A stretch of 64,000 bases of DNA from Chthoniobacterales bacterium (GCA_038207335.1 JBBQZX010000011.1:32001-96000), one strand, 5' to 3'. Positions 47,049-57,311 are shown, counted from the first letter of the stretch. Numbers and translations are program-made. Notes: generated from the sequence alone by a model not told the origin.

Positions 47049-48167
47049 ATGAAAGTTCCGTTTCTCGACATCAACCTCCAGAACAAATCACTCCGAGGTG
47101 AGATCAATGCGGCCATCCAAGACGTCATCGATATCGGGGCCTTCGCGGGCGGACCGTTCGTTGAGCGTTTCGAGGAGGATTTCGCTGCTTATTGCGGTGG
47201 TGATCATGCCATCGGGGTCAGCAGCGGCACCGATGCCCTGTGGCTGACTCTGTTGGCGATGGATATCGGTCCCGGCGACGAAGTCATCACGGTGCCAAGC
47301 ACTTTTATGGCGACCGCCGAGGCGATCACATATTGCGGTGCGAAGCCGGTGTTTGTGGACATCGATGAGCAGACCTACACCATGGATCCGGCCCGCCTGG
47401 AAAAAGCCATCACGCTTCGAACGAAGGCGATTATTCCAGTTCACCTGTTTGGTCAGCCTGCCGATATGGATCCCATCATGGAGATCGCGCATCGGCGCGG
47501 CCTACGCGTGATCGAGGATGCTTGTCAGGCCCACGGCGCGGAGTACAAAGGCCGAAGGGCGGGCGTCCTTGGCGATGCGGGGTGCTTCAGCTTTTACCCT
47601 GGAAAGAATCTGGGTGCCTTTGGTGAAGCGGGAGCGATCGTTACCAATGACAAAGGTTTGGATGAGAAGATTCGAATCCTTCGGGACCATGGTCAGGTCC
47701 GCAAGTATCATCACACGATGATCGGTTGGAACTGCCGGATGGATGGCATTCAGGGCGCCGTCCTTCGCATCAAGCTGCGGCATCTGGACCGGCGCAATGC
47801 GCTTCGCTGCGCGCTCGCGATTCAATATGATCGAGCGTTGGGAGATGCCGAGCTTGTCGTCACCCCCTCCAAGGCTCCATGGGTGCGTCACGTCTATCAT
47901 ATTTACGCGATCCGAGTCGCCGAGCGTGATGCCATGATCCGGGAATTAGACGCTCAGGGAATCACGTGCGGAATCCATTACCCAGTTCCTGTTCATCTTC
48001 AGGCGGCCTACCGGAGTCTGGGATACGGAAGAGGCGCTTTCCCGAGGGCCGAACAGTGCGCCGAGGAGTTTGTCTCGCTGCCGATGTTTCCCGAGTTGAC
48101 CCCCGAGCAGGTCGATTATGTTGCAAAGGTCGTGAAGGAATCCGTCGCCTCACCTGCGATGGCCTAG
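47049..48167 (+). CDS. DegT/DnrJ/EryC1/StrS PLP-dependent sugar aminotransferase
   Basis: SGTDAL, IIPVHLFGQ, IEDACQAHG and SFYPGKNLGAFGEAG (PLP Lys). Confidence 0.95.
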   Translation: MKVPFLDINLQNKSLRGEINAAIQDVIDIGAFAGGPFVERFEEDFAAYCGGDHAIGVSSGTDALWLTLLAMDIGPGDEVITVPSTFMATAEAITYCGAKPVFVDIDEQTYTMDPARLEKAITLRTKAIIPVHLFGQPADMDPIMEIAHRRGLRVIEDACQAHGAEYKGRRAGVLGDAGCFSFYPGKNLGAFGEAGAIVTNDKGLDEKIRILRDHGQVRKYHHTMIGWNCRMDGIQGAVLRIKLRHLDRRNALRCALAIQYDRALGDAELVVTPSKAPWVRHVYHIYAIRVAERDAMIRELDAQGITCGIHYPVPVHLQAAYRSLGYGRGAFPRAEQCAEEFVSLPMFPELTPEQVDYVAKVVKESVASPAMA

Positions 48168-48204
48168 GCGGCCGGCTCCCCGAGGGAGCCTTCTGGCCGC
48201 GTGA

Positions 48205-49296
48205 TTGATTCCCGACCCGATTGCAGCCGCGCACTTCTTGAACAGCCATCTCGCCAATGCCGGCGTGGAAGCCCAGTTGATCGATCCGCTGACGGACCCT
48301 TCATGGGACGTGCAAATCGCCTCGCATCCGGAATCGAGCTTCTTCCACACCAGCGCCTGGGCAAAGGTGCTGTGCCGGACTTATGGCCATCACCCTGCTT
48401 ATCTCCAAATTGTTAAAGAAGGAGAGTTAGTCGCACTTCTTCCCGTGATGGAGGTGCGTAGCTCCCTGACGCCGCGCAGAGGTGTCAGCCTCCCATTTAC
48501 GGATCTCTGCGAACCCCTTCTCTTCAACGGGGGCACCTTCGATCTGGTGTGCGATCGACTTCGCGAACATGGGCGGACGCGGAAGTGGAAATACTTTGAG
48601 ATCCGGGGAGGGGCACCGGCGGATGAGGTCAGATCATCGGTGGCCTTTTACGGCCATCGTCTCGATCTGCGCGGAGGCGTCGAGCAGGTGTTCTCAGGGT
48701 TCGACAGCTCGGCCCGCCGTGCGGTTCGCAAGGGCGAACGGAGCGGTTTAACCGTTGAGGTTTCGCGAACGGAGGAGGCGGTCCAACAATTCTATCGACT
48801 CCACGCCCGCACACGCCGCCGGCACGGCGTCCCGCCTCAGCCGTTGTCGTTCTTTCTGAGTATTTACCGGGAGATCATCGAATCGGGTTCGGGATTCGTC
48901 GTTCTGGCGTATCGATCGGCGCAACCGGTGGCAGGCGCGATTTTCTTCGAGTTTTGCGGCAGGGCGATTTACAAGTTTGGCGCTTCGGACGAGTCGCTCC
49001 AGGCGCTGCGCGGAAATAACTTCGTCATGTCTCACGGCATCCGACACCTCGCAGAGAATGGAGCCGAATCGCTCCATTTCGGCCGTACTTCATGTTCGAA
49101 CGAGGGCCTGCGCAGATTCAAGCGTTCTTGGGGGGCGGCGGAAGGGACGTGCAATTACTTCAAATTCGATCTGGACTCCGGGAAATGGGAGACCGCCCGG
49201 GACAACGCCTCGGGCTTTCACACGGCGCTCTTCAGCAGGCTCCCTTTGGCGGTCAACCGTCTAGCCGGTTCCATCCTGTATTCGCACCTCGATTAG
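48205..49296 (+). CDS. FemAB-like GNAT-fold acyltransferase
   Basis: FFHT.AW, SLPFTD, RRAVRKG, HGVPPQP and HFGRT...N.GLRRFK..WG. Confidence 0.85.
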   Translation: MIPDPIAAAHFLNSHLANAGVEAQLIDPLTDPSWDVQIASHPESSFFHTSAWAKVLCRTYGHHPAYLQIVKEGELVALLPVMEVRSSLTPRRGVSLPFTDLCEPLLFNGGTFDLVCDRLREHGRTRKWKYFEIRGGAPADEVRSSVAFYGHRLDLRGGVEQVFSGFDSSARRAVRKGERSGLTVEVSRTEEAVQQFYRLHARTRRRHGVPPQPLSFFLSIYREIIESGSGFVVLAYRSAQPVAGAIFFEFCGRAIYKFGASDESLQALRGNNFVMSHGIRHLAENGAESLHFGRTSCSNEGLRRFKRSWGAAEGTCNYFKFDLDSGKWETARDNASGFHTALFSRLPLAVNRLAGSILYSHLD

Positions 49297-49318
49297 GGCC
49301 ACCGACTCAAGTCACATC

Positions 49319-51559
49319 ATGAAAACACTCGAACACGAAGTCACCCCGTCCGGCTTGGGGTTGACTGATATTCTCTTCAGTTTGTACCGGCATAAGTGGA
49401 CGATTGTCGTTTGCACTATGGTCGGAGTGGCCGGGGCGGCCGCAGTATATTTCCTGAAAGCCCGGGACTACGAATCCCGTGCGAAACTCCTTGTCCGCTA
49501 CGTCGTGGAACGGAGCGCCGTTGACCCGCTTGATCCGAAGGTGAGCACCACAGGGTCCCAAACCGATGCCATAATCAATTCGGAGGTGGAAATTCTGACC
49601 AGCACGGATCTGGCGTTGCAGGTGGCCGAGACGGTGGGAGTGGAAAAACTGGCGCCGAATTCCAGCGGTGCGGAAAGCAGGGCGGCTGCCGTTAAGAGCA
49701 TTTTCAGTGGCATCAAGGTCGAGATTCACCAAGGCAGCAACGTCATCACGGTCGCTTATCGGAACCGTGACCCGGACTTGGCGCGGACCGTCCTGGACGA
49801 ACTCGTCAAAAGGTATTTTGAAAAGCACATGGAGGTGCACCGCTCGACAGGGGCATTCAGCTTCGTGACCGATCAGACCCAGCAGGCGAGGGCACGCCTC
49901 AGGCTGACCCAAGACGCATTGCAAAAGCAGAAGGCGGCTGCCGGGATTTCGTCACTCGCAGACAGCACCGCGAGCATCAATGCCCGCATGGCCAAAAGCG
50001 AGGAGGATCTGATGCTGGCGGACACAGAATTGGCAGTTCAGCAGGCCCGCGTTAAGGAAATGGAGACTTTATTGTCGGGTGGAGGTCCCGGGATGTCCAA
50101 GGGAGCCGCAAAAGTGGAAGGGGCGAACCCAGGCGAGATCGAGGCCGCGGGTTCAGCAAGCCCCGTGGAAAGCACCGAAGTGGAGCATTACGAGCTCCTG
50201 CTCAACCAAGTCGCACAGTTACGCAAATCCGAGTTGGAACTCCTGTCCAAGTACACCCCGGAGAGCGAGATCGTGAAAACAGCCCGGCGCCAGATCGAGG
50301 GCTTGGAGATCCAGCGGCGGGACCTCGAAAAGAAGTTCCCAGCCCTTCTCGCCGCGGTTCCGAAGACAGTATCCGGCGGGACTCTGCAACCGGATATCGT
50401 GACCCAACGATCGAACCTCGCGGCGTTGGGGGCCAAGGTGGAGTCGCTCAAAGCGCAGCTTCGCTCCGCAGAGGAGCAGGCCGCCAAGCTCGCCCAAGCG
50501 GGACCGCCGATTGCCGAACTCGAACGAAAAGCGGAAGCGGAGGAGACGAATTTGAAATACATGGAGTCGGGTCTCGAAAAGGCTCGTGTCGATGAAGCTT
50601 TGGACCCGTCGAAAATCCCCAATATTAGCATCCTTCAGCGCCCCACCGACGGTGCAAAGGTGACAGGTGAATCCCAGAAGCTGCTGCTGAGGATCGCAGG
50701 TGCCGGTGTGGGCCTCGGCATCGGTCTCGCCCTGCTAATCGAACTTGTGCTCAATCAGAGCATCCGGCGGACGCGGGAGCTCGAAACGCGGCTGGGCATC
50801 CCCCAGATGCTCTCGATCCCCTATTTTCCCGGCGGTGCCATTGCACGATTGCACCTAAGGAACGGCGCCAACGACAACTCCAGCGATTCCGGCAAAGTGC
50901 TTGCGACGCCTTCCCGCCCCGGGGTCGCCCCGTGGGCACCGGACCATTTCATCAGTTCCTTCTCGGAAGAGATTCGGGATCGCCTGATCCTTTCCTTTCA
51001 ACTCAAGAACCTCACGCACAAACCGAAGCTGGTGGGAATTGCTGGTCTTTCCGGCGGTGAAGGCACGTCCACCCTCGCCAGCGGCCTCGCCGCGAGGCTT
51101 TCGGAAACCGGCGATGGCAAAGTCCTGCTCGTGGACATGACCTCACGAAACTCCGAGACGCACTCGTTTCTCGATGGGAACCCTGCCTGTGGTCTGGCGG
51201 AGGCGCTCGCTGCAAATGGGAGTCTCCCTCCCGTGGCCCATAACCTCTATCTTGCGACTGGTGCATCGCGGGACGGCGGATCGATGCCACTTGCCACGAA
51301 GCGATTCTATGCGCTCGTCCCGCATCTCAAGGAATGTCATTTCGACTACGTCATCTTTGATCTCCCGCCGGTCACCCTGAACAGCGCCACCTTGGCGATC
51401 GCGGGCTGCTTGGATAAATTGCTTTTCGTCGTCGAGGCCGAGAAAAGTAACCGGGACGAAGTCAAGCACGCTTACACGGAACTCGTTGCCGCCAAGGCCG
51501 ACGTAGCCTGCATTTTGAACAAGACCCGTTCCTCCGGCCCCAAATGGCTAAACGCCTGA
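49319..51559 (+). CDS. Wzc/GumC-like polysaccharide co-polymerase with degenerate kinase domain
   Basis: N-terminal TM, INSEVEIL.S, long coiled coil, second TM. Walker A reads GEGTST; VLLVD and DYVIFDLPP are present; no C-terminal Tyr cluster. Confidence 0.88.
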   Translation: MKTLEHEVTPSGLGLTDILFSLYRHKWTIVVCTMVGVAGAAAVYFLKARDYESRAKLLVRYVVERSAVDPLDPKVSTTGSQTDAIINSEVEILTSTDLALQVAETVGVEKLAPNSSGAESRAAAVKSIFSGIKVEIHQGSNVITVAYRNRDPDLARTVLDELVKRYFEKHMEVHRSTGAFSFVTDQTQQARARLRLTQDALQKQKAAAGISSLADSTASINARMAKSEEDLMLADTELAVQQARVKEMETLLSGGGPGMSKGAAKVEGANPGEIEAAGSASPVESTEVEHYELLLNQVAQLRKSELELLSKYTPESEIVKTARRQIEGLEIQRRDLEKKFPALLAAVPKTVSGGTLQPDIVTQRSNLAALGAKVESLKAQLRSAEEQAAKLAQAGPPIAELERKAEAEETNLKYMESGLEKARVDEALDPSKIPNISILQRPTDGAKVTGESQKLLLRIAGAGVGLGIGLALLIELVLNQSIRRTRELETRLGIPQMLSIPYFPGGAIARLHLRNGANDNSSDSGKVLATPSRPGVAPWAPDHFISSFSEEIRDRLILSFQLKNLTHKPKLVGIAGLSGGEGTSTLASGLAARLSETGDGKVLLVDMTSRNSETHSFLDGNPACGLAEALAANGSLPPVAHNLYLATGASRDGGSMPLATKRFYALVPHLKECHFDYVIFDLPPVTLNSATLAIAGCLDKLLFVVEAEKSNRDEVKHAYTELVAAKADVACILNKTRSSGPKWLNA

Positions 51560-51623
51560 GTCTTCCCGTTTGTTCCGACTTCCATCCCGTCACGGTGTTC
51601 CTTCCGCAGATGGCGCTCTGCCT

Positions 51624-53882
51624 ATGGTTTTGACCCGCCTCTACTACTTCCTCAAGCCTTTCGTGCCCCCGCGGCTGCGCCTTGCCTTGCGGCGGTTCCA
51701 CGTCAGGCACATCCTCAAGAGGTGCGCCGACCACTGGCCGATCCAGAGATCCGCCGCTCGGAAGCCCGTTGGTTGGACCGGCTGGCCTGATGGCAAACAG
51801 TTCGCGTTCGTAATTACCCATGATGTGGAAAGCCGGCGAGGGTTGGATCGCGTAAAGCAACTCGCCGAATTGGAGATGCAGTTCGGCATTCGCTCCACGT
51901 TCAACTTCATCCCGGAAGGCCCCTACGAAGTGCCCGGTTCCCTGCGGAGCTGGCTCACCGAGCGCGGCTTCGAGGTCGGCGTGCATGATCTCCATCACGA
52001 CGGGAAACTCTACTCCTCCCGCGCGGAGTTTCGGCGCAAGGCGACCCGCATCAATCGTTACCTGAAGGAGTGGAATGTCACGGGATTCCGCTCGGGGTTC
52101 ATGTTGCGCCGGCTCGACTGGCTCCACGACCTCAAGATTGGCTACGACAGTTCGACGTTCGACACCGATCCCTTTGAACCTCAGTCCGACGGCGCAGGCA
52201 CCATCTTCCCCTTCTGGGTGCCCGGCCCGGTCGCCGACCACCGATCACCGATCACCGATCGCCCCTCCGGCTACGTCGAACTTCCCTACACCCTGCCACA
52301 GGATTCCACCCTCTTCCTGATCATGGGTGAGAAGTCCGTGGAGATCTGGAAACGGAAGCTCGATTGGATCGTCCGCCACGGAGGCATGGCTCTGGTCAAC
52401 ATCCATCCCGACTACATCCAATTTCCAGAAGACCCTCCGGTCCGTGGCACCTACCCCGTGGCGAGGATTGAGGAGTTTCTCAAATACGTTTCCGCAAACC
52501 ATGGAGTCGAAGCCTGGAGGCCGGCACCGACCCACCTTGCCGATTGGTATCGAGAAACCCACCGGGAAAACGCCCGTCCCCTGGTAAGCAAGCGAGCCGC
52601 AATCCTCCTCTATTCCTACTACCCGGCCGACCCCCGGCCGCGCCGCGCCGCCGAGGCCCTGGCGGATGCCGGGATGCAGGTGGACTTGCTGTGCCTGCGC
52701 GAACGCGACTCGGACCCGAGGCAGGAAATAATCAACGGCGTGCAGGTTCACCGCACATCTCTCCGGCGAAAGAGAGACAGCAAACTCACCTACCTGATCC
52801 AATACGGGCGTTTCATCCTCCAAAGCTTCTTTTTTCTCGCTTGGCGGACTGTTGGTGGAGGCTGTGACCTCGTTCACGTTCACAATATGCCCGACGTGCT
52901 CGTGTTCGCCGCGCTGCTGCCAAAGCTTCTGGGCGCGCGCATCATTCTCGATCTTCACGATCCGATGCCCGAGTTGATGATGGGTATTTATGGGGTCCCC
53001 GCGGATCATTTCATGGTTCGCCTTCTCCGACGGTTGGAGCGCTTGAGTATCCGCTTCGCGGATCTGGTGCTCACTCCGAACCTGGCTTTCCGTCGGCTTT
53101 TCGAGTCGCGCAGTTGTCTTCCGGGAAAGATGGAGATCGTCATGAACTCACCCGAGTCCGGGATCTTCGACCCGGACCGCTTCAGCGGGACCGATATCGG
53201 CCCCAGCCGGACCGGCAGCGAGTTCCACATCATGCATCACGGCTCCATCGTACACCGGCATGGGGTGGACCTCCTGGTCGAAGCCGTCGCACGCGTGCGC
53301 CCCAAAATCCCCGGAGTGCGGCTCCACATCTACGGCTCCCGGACGCCATTCCTCGACGAGGTTCTTGCGGTCGCCACACGGCTGGGAGTCGAGGGCATCG
53401 TCCACTTTCATGGGCCAAAGCCCCAGTCGGAGATCGCCCTGGCAATCCGCGAATGTCACCTCGGCGTCGTACCCAATCGCCGCTCTGCCTTCACCGAGCT
53501 CAATTTTCCGACGCGCTTATTCGAGTATCTCGCCATGCACCGGCCGGTCATCGCCCCGGCGACCAGGGGCATCCAGGATTACTTCGCTCCAGACGAGATG
53601 ATCATGTTCGACGCGAACGGCAGTGAGGATCTCGCCAGTCGGATCCTCTGGGTGCATGCCAATCCTGAATCGGTCATCCAACTTGTCGAACGTGGCCGCG
53701 CAGTTTACCGTCGGCATCTGTGGAGCGCCGAAAAGGCGCGTTTCATTGCCCGGACCAACACCTTGGTCGCCGACGAAGCGGGCGAATTTCTCTCCGCTTC
53801 CACGGAAGAAAACGAGGCTGGACAAAGGCCGCCACAATCCGAATCTCCGCCATTCGCGGCGGAAACCCCCATCAAGCTTTGA
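51624..53882 (+). CDS. Polysaccharide-deacetylase-like plus GT4 glycosyltransferase fusion
   Basis: N-terminal half has THDVE, EVGVHD..H, GFRS, YDSS and HPDY. C-terminal half has DPRPRR.AEAL, HVHNMPD, DLHD and PTRLFEYLAM..PVI. Start likely the ATG at 51624. Confidence 0.85.
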   Translation: MVLTRLYYFLKPFVPPRLRLALRRFHVRHILKRCADHWPIQRSAARKPVGWTGWPDGKQFAFVITHDVESRRGLDRVKQLAELEMQFGIRSTFNFIPEGPYEVPGSLRSWLTERGFEVGVHDLHHDGKLYSSRAEFRRKATRINRYLKEWNVTGFRSGFMLRRLDWLHDLKIGYDSSTFDTDPFEPQSDGAGTIFPFWVPGPVADHRSPITDRPSGYVELPYTLPQDSTLFLIMGEKSVEIWKRKLDWIVRHGGMALVNIHPDYIQFPEDPPVRGTYPVARIEEFLKYVSANHGVEAWRPAPTHLADWYRETHRENARPLVSKRAAILLYSYYPADPRPRRAAEALADAGMQVDLLCLRERDSDPRQEIINGVQVHRTSLRRKRDSKLTYLIQYGRFILQSFFFLAWRTVGGGCDLVHVHNMPDVLVFAALLPKLLGARIILDLHDPMPELMMGIYGVPADHFMVRLLRRLERLSIRFADLVLTPNLAFRRLFESRSCLPGKMEIVMNSPESGIFDPDRFSGTDIGPSRTGSEFHIMHHGSIVHRHGVDLLVEAVARVRPKIPGVRLHIYGSRTPFLDEVLAVATRLGVEGIVHFHGPKPQSEIALAIRECHLGVVPNRRSAFTELNFPTRLFEYLAMHRPVIAPATRGIQDYFAPDEMIMFDANGSEDLASRILWVHANPESVIQLVERGRAVYRRHLWSAEKARFIARTNTLVADEAGEFLSASTEENEAGQRPPQSESPPFAAETPIKL
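52234..52261 (+). repeat. Heptamer tandem repeat inside the CDS
   Basis: CCGACCA CCGATCA CCGATCA CCGATCG (4 units, 28 bp). Confidence 0.8.
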
Positions 53883-55192
53883 ATATCAGCATCTTCGGAT
53901 TGGGCTATGTAGGCTGCGTCGGCATGGGCTGCCTCGCCCGGCAAGGGCACCGGATGGTGGGCGTGGACGCGCAGGCCACCAAGGTGGATTACATCGACGA
54001 GGGGCGGGCCACCATCATCGAGAAAGACATCGATGGCATCCTCGCGGAGGAGCACGGGGCGGGCCGTATCTCAGCCACGCAGAACGTCACGGAAGCCGTC
54101 CTGCAGACAGAGGTTTCGTTCATCTGCGTTGGCACTCCTTCGACCTCCAACGGTCATCTGGACCTCTCAGCGATCCACAAGGTGTCGGAGCAAATCGGCG
54201 CGGCGCTCCGTGAGAAAAAGACGGGGCGCCACGTCATCGCTCTCCGCTCGACGGTGCTCCCGGGCACCGGGGCCGCCGTTTCGGAGATTATCGCACGCGT
54301 CTCCAATCGCACGCCCGGCCAGGAGTTCGCCGTCGTCTCCAATCCCGAATTCCTCCGGGAGGGGAGCTCCGTCGAGGACTTCGCCCATCCCTCCTTCACC
54401 CTCATCGGAACCGACTGTGAGTGGGCGGCCGAGGTGATGCGCGAAGTCTATGCAAAGATCGACGCCCCGTTCATCGCCACGACACCCAAGGTCGCGGAGA
54501 TGATGAAATACGTCTGCAACAGCTTTCACGCCTTGAAAATTACCTTCGCCAACGAGGTGGGAAACATCTGCAAAAAGCTGGAGATCGACTCCCATCAGTT
54601 GATGGAGATTTTCTGCCAGGACACGAAGCTCAACATCTCCAAGGCTTACCTGAAACCCGGCTTTGCCTACGGCGGCTCCTGCTTGCCCAAGGACTTGAAG
54701 GCACTGCGGACCATCGCCCACGATCACTACCTTCACACCCCGGTGCTCGAGGCCATCGAGCAGAGCAACGAGTTGCAGAAGGAACTCGTTTTCAAACGCA
54801 TTCTCGAGTCAGGCGTGCAAAACGTCGGATTCATTGGGCTCGCTTTCAAGGCTGGGACCGACGATCTGCGCGACAGCCCGATCATCGACGTCATCGAGCG
54901 CCTGCTCGGTAAAGGATTCAATATCAAGATCTACGACCCGAATGTGCACGTGGCACAACTAACCGGTGCGAATCGCGATTATATTCTAAAACGGATTCCG
55001 TTCATCTCTCGCTTCATTTCCGACGATCTCGCTGCCACCGCCCAAGGCTCCGATCTCCTGGTCATCGTTAATCGAATCCCTGGCATCGAACCCGACCTGG
55101 CCACACACTCAGTCGGAAAATCGATCTGTGATCTCACTGGGTTGCCCCCGGCCGGGAAGAACGGCGCCGGTCCCTCCGGCGTCGCGGCGTGA
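53879..55192 (+). CDS. Nucleotide-sugar 6-dehydrogenase, GDP-mannose dehydrogenase (AlgD)-like
   Basis: ISIFGLGYVG, SFICVGTPS..NG.LDL, RSTVLPGT, NPEFLREG, KITFANE, GGSCLPKD and FK.GTDDLR.SP. TTG start at 53879 overlaps the upstream TGA. Confidence 0.9.
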   Translation: MNISIFGLGYVGCVGMGCLARQGHRMVGVDAQATKVDYIDEGRATIIEKDIDGILAEEHGAGRISATQNVTEAVLQTEVSFICVGTPSTSNGHLDLSAIHKVSEQIGAALREKKTGRHVIALRSTVLPGTGAAVSEIIARVSNRTPGQEFAVVSNPEFLREGSSVEDFAHPSFTLIGTDCEWAAEVMREVYAKIDAPFIATTPKVAEMMKYVCNSFHALKITFANEVGNICKKLEIDSHQLMEIFCQDTKLNISKAYLKPGFAYGGSCLPKDLKALRTIAHDHYLHTPVLEAIEQSNELQKELVFKRILESGVQNVGFIGLAFKAGTDDLRDSPIIDVIERLLGKGFNIKIYDPNVHVAQLTGANRDYILKRIPFISRFISDDLAATAQGSDLLVIVNRIPGIEPDLATHSVGKSICDLTGLPPAGKNGAGPSGVAA

Positions 55193-55205
55193 CGGCACAA
55201 CCACG

Positions 55206-56024
55206 ATGAGCCGGCTGATTATTGAACAGGGGCAAATCGAGCGCCAATACTGGCGCGACTTGTGGCGCTATCGCGAATTGTTCTACCTTCTCGCCTGGCG
55301 CGATCTTCTCGTCCGCTACAAGCAGACCGTGGTTGGCGTCGCTTGGTCGCTCATTCGTCCGCTTCTGACCATGATCATCCTCACCGTCGTGTTTGGGACG
55401 CTGGGCAAAATGCCCTCCGCAGGCGTACCTTACCCCTTGCTTGTCTTCTGCGGGATGCTCCCGTGGCAGTTCTTCTCCAACGCACTGGCGGAAAGCGGCA
55501 ACAGCCTCGTCGCCAACTCCGGCCTCATTTCCAAGGTTTACTTCCCGCGCATGGTGGTGCCGGCCAGCAGCGTCATCACCAGCTTCGTCGATTTCCTGAT
55601 CTCGGCCGTCTTTCTCGTCGCGTTGATGATCTGGTTTCGCTTTTGCCCACCCGCCAACATTGTGTTTTTACCATTGTTCGTGCTGCTGGCTTTCGCCGCA
55701 TCCTTCGGCGTGGGCTTGTGGATCGCCGCCTTGATGGTGGAATACCGCGACTTCCGCTTCATCGTTCCATTCATTGTTCAATTCGGTCTCTACATCTCGC
55801 CGGTGGGCTTCCTCAGCAGCGTGGTGTCGGATAAATACCGGCTCCTCTACTCCCTGAATCCCATTGTCGGCGTGATCGACGGGTTCCGCTGGTGCCTTAT
55901 GGGAGGAGAACATCTCATCTACTGGCCTGGCTTGGCCGTCTCGGTCGTTGGTGTGATCATTCTACTGGCGACCGGGATCGTCTACTTCCGGAAAACGGAG
56001 CGTACGTTTGCTGATGTCATCTAA
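55206..56024 (+). CDS. wzm: Polysaccharide ABC exporter permease
   Basis: LWRYRELF..LAWRD..VRYKQT..G..W, LISKVYFPR, YRDFR, SPV and LNP. Confidence 0.93.
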   Translation: MSRLIIEQGQIERQYWRDLWRYRELFYLLAWRDLLVRYKQTVVGVAWSLIRPLLTMIILTVVFGTLGKMPSAGVPYPLLVFCGMLPWQFFSNALAESGNSLVANSGLISKVYFPRMVVPASSVITSFVDFLISAVFLVALMIWFRFCPPANIVFLPLFVLLAFAASFGVGLWIAALMVEYRDFRFIVPFIVQFGLYISPVGFLSSVVSDKYRLLYSLNPIVGVIDGFRWCLMGGEHLIYWPGLAVSVVGVIILLATGIVYFRKTERTFADVI

Positions 56025-56027
56025 TCC

Positions 56028-57311
56028 ATGAGCGATACGGTCATCAAGGTCGAGAACCTCAGCAAGCGGTACGTCATCGGGCAGCAACGCTCCAAGGATG
56101 ACGGGTTCAGGCATATTATCGAGGACGCGGTGCGGGCGCCGCTTAAGTGGCTTAGCTCGCGGAAGAAACAGGAGCGAGAGGAATTCTGGGCGCTCAACGA
56201 TGTCTCCTTCGAGGTGAAGCAAGGCGAAGTCCTCGGGATCATCGGCCGCAACGGAGCCGGCAAAAGTACTCTGCTCAAGATCCTTAGCCGGATCACGGAA
56301 CCAACCTCCGGCCGTATCGAAATCGACGGTCGGGTGGCCAGTCTTCTCGAGGTGGGCACCGGATTTCATCCGGAGCTCACCGGTCGAGAGAACATCTTTC
56401 TCAACGGTGCTATCCTTGGAATGAGCCGCGCCGAGGTAAAACGCAAGTTCGACGAAATCGTGGCGTTCTCAGAGGTTGAGAAGTTCCTAGACACTCCGGT
56501 GAAACGCTATAGCAGTGGCATGTATGTGCGCCTTGCATTTTCCGTGGCCGCTCACTTGGAACCAGAGATTCTAATTGTGGATGAAGTTTTGGCTGTCGGT
56601 GATGCCCAATTTCAAAAGAAGTGCATAGGGAAGATGAATGAGATCTCAAAAAACGAAGGTAGGACCGTCCTTTTTGTCAGTCACAATATGGGCGCGATCG
56701 CAAACATCTGCTCCAGCGGCTTACTTCTACAGCATGGAAAGCGGATCCACAACGGTTCAGTCGGCCAGACAGTTGATGCGTATTTATCTTCGGGAACTGC
56801 GGCTAGCGGAGAAAAAAGGTGGCGCAATGAGGATTGTCCCGCAACATCATGCGTTAGGATACTATCCGTTCGAGTTATCGGTGACGGAGAGACTCGGTCG
56901 ATAGTAAGTATTGACCGCCCGATTCACTTCGAGGTGGATTTCGAGACATTGCTGGAGGGTTTGAGTTTATATGTCAGCATCCACATCGTGCACCTGTCGG
57001 GGGGCGATGTGCTCTCGACCGCCAACTTTCCGTCTGCGTCACTTGAAACGGATGCATGGTCTACGAAGAGTTTCCCACGAGGACGATTTCGCTCCAGATG
57101 TACCTTGCCCGCCAACTTGTTAAACGATGGGGCCTTTTTGATTAATGTGGCGATCATGCGATCTACTCGAGAAACGGAAATATTCGTTCGTGAAGTAATC
57201 CAATTCACCGCGCAAGATACGGGTGGAATGCGGAGGGAATACACCGGGCATTGGATTGGAGTAGTCCGACCCCGCCTAGGGTGGAAAACAGAATCGTTCG
57301 CGGCCGCATGA
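56028..57311 (+). CDS. wzt: Polysaccharide ABC exporter ATPase with C-terminal carbohydrate-binding domain
   Basis: GRNGAGKST, GFHPELTGREN, YSSGM.VRLAF and DEVLAVGD, plus a Wzt_C-like tail. Confidence 0.95.
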   Translation: MSDTVIKVENLSKRYVIGQQRSKDDGFRHIIEDAVRAPLKWLSSRKKQEREEFWALNDVSFEVKQGEVLGIIGRNGAGKSTLLKILSRITEPTSGRIEIDGRVASLLEVGTGFHPELTGRENIFLNGAILGMSRAEVKRKFDEIVAFSEVEKFLDTPVKRYSSGMYVRLAFSVAAHLEPEILIVDEVLAVGDAQFQKKCIGKMNEISKNEGRTVLFVSHNMGAIANICSSGLLLQHGKRIHNGSVGQTVDAYLSSGTAASGEKRWRNEDCPATSCVRILSVRVIGDGETRSIVSIDRPIHFEVDFETLLEGLSLYVSIHIVHLSGGDVLSTANFPSASLETDAWSTKSFPRGRFRSRCTLPANLLNDGAFLINVAIMRSTRETEIFVREVIQFTAQDTGGMRREYTGHWIGVVRPRLGWKTESFAAA

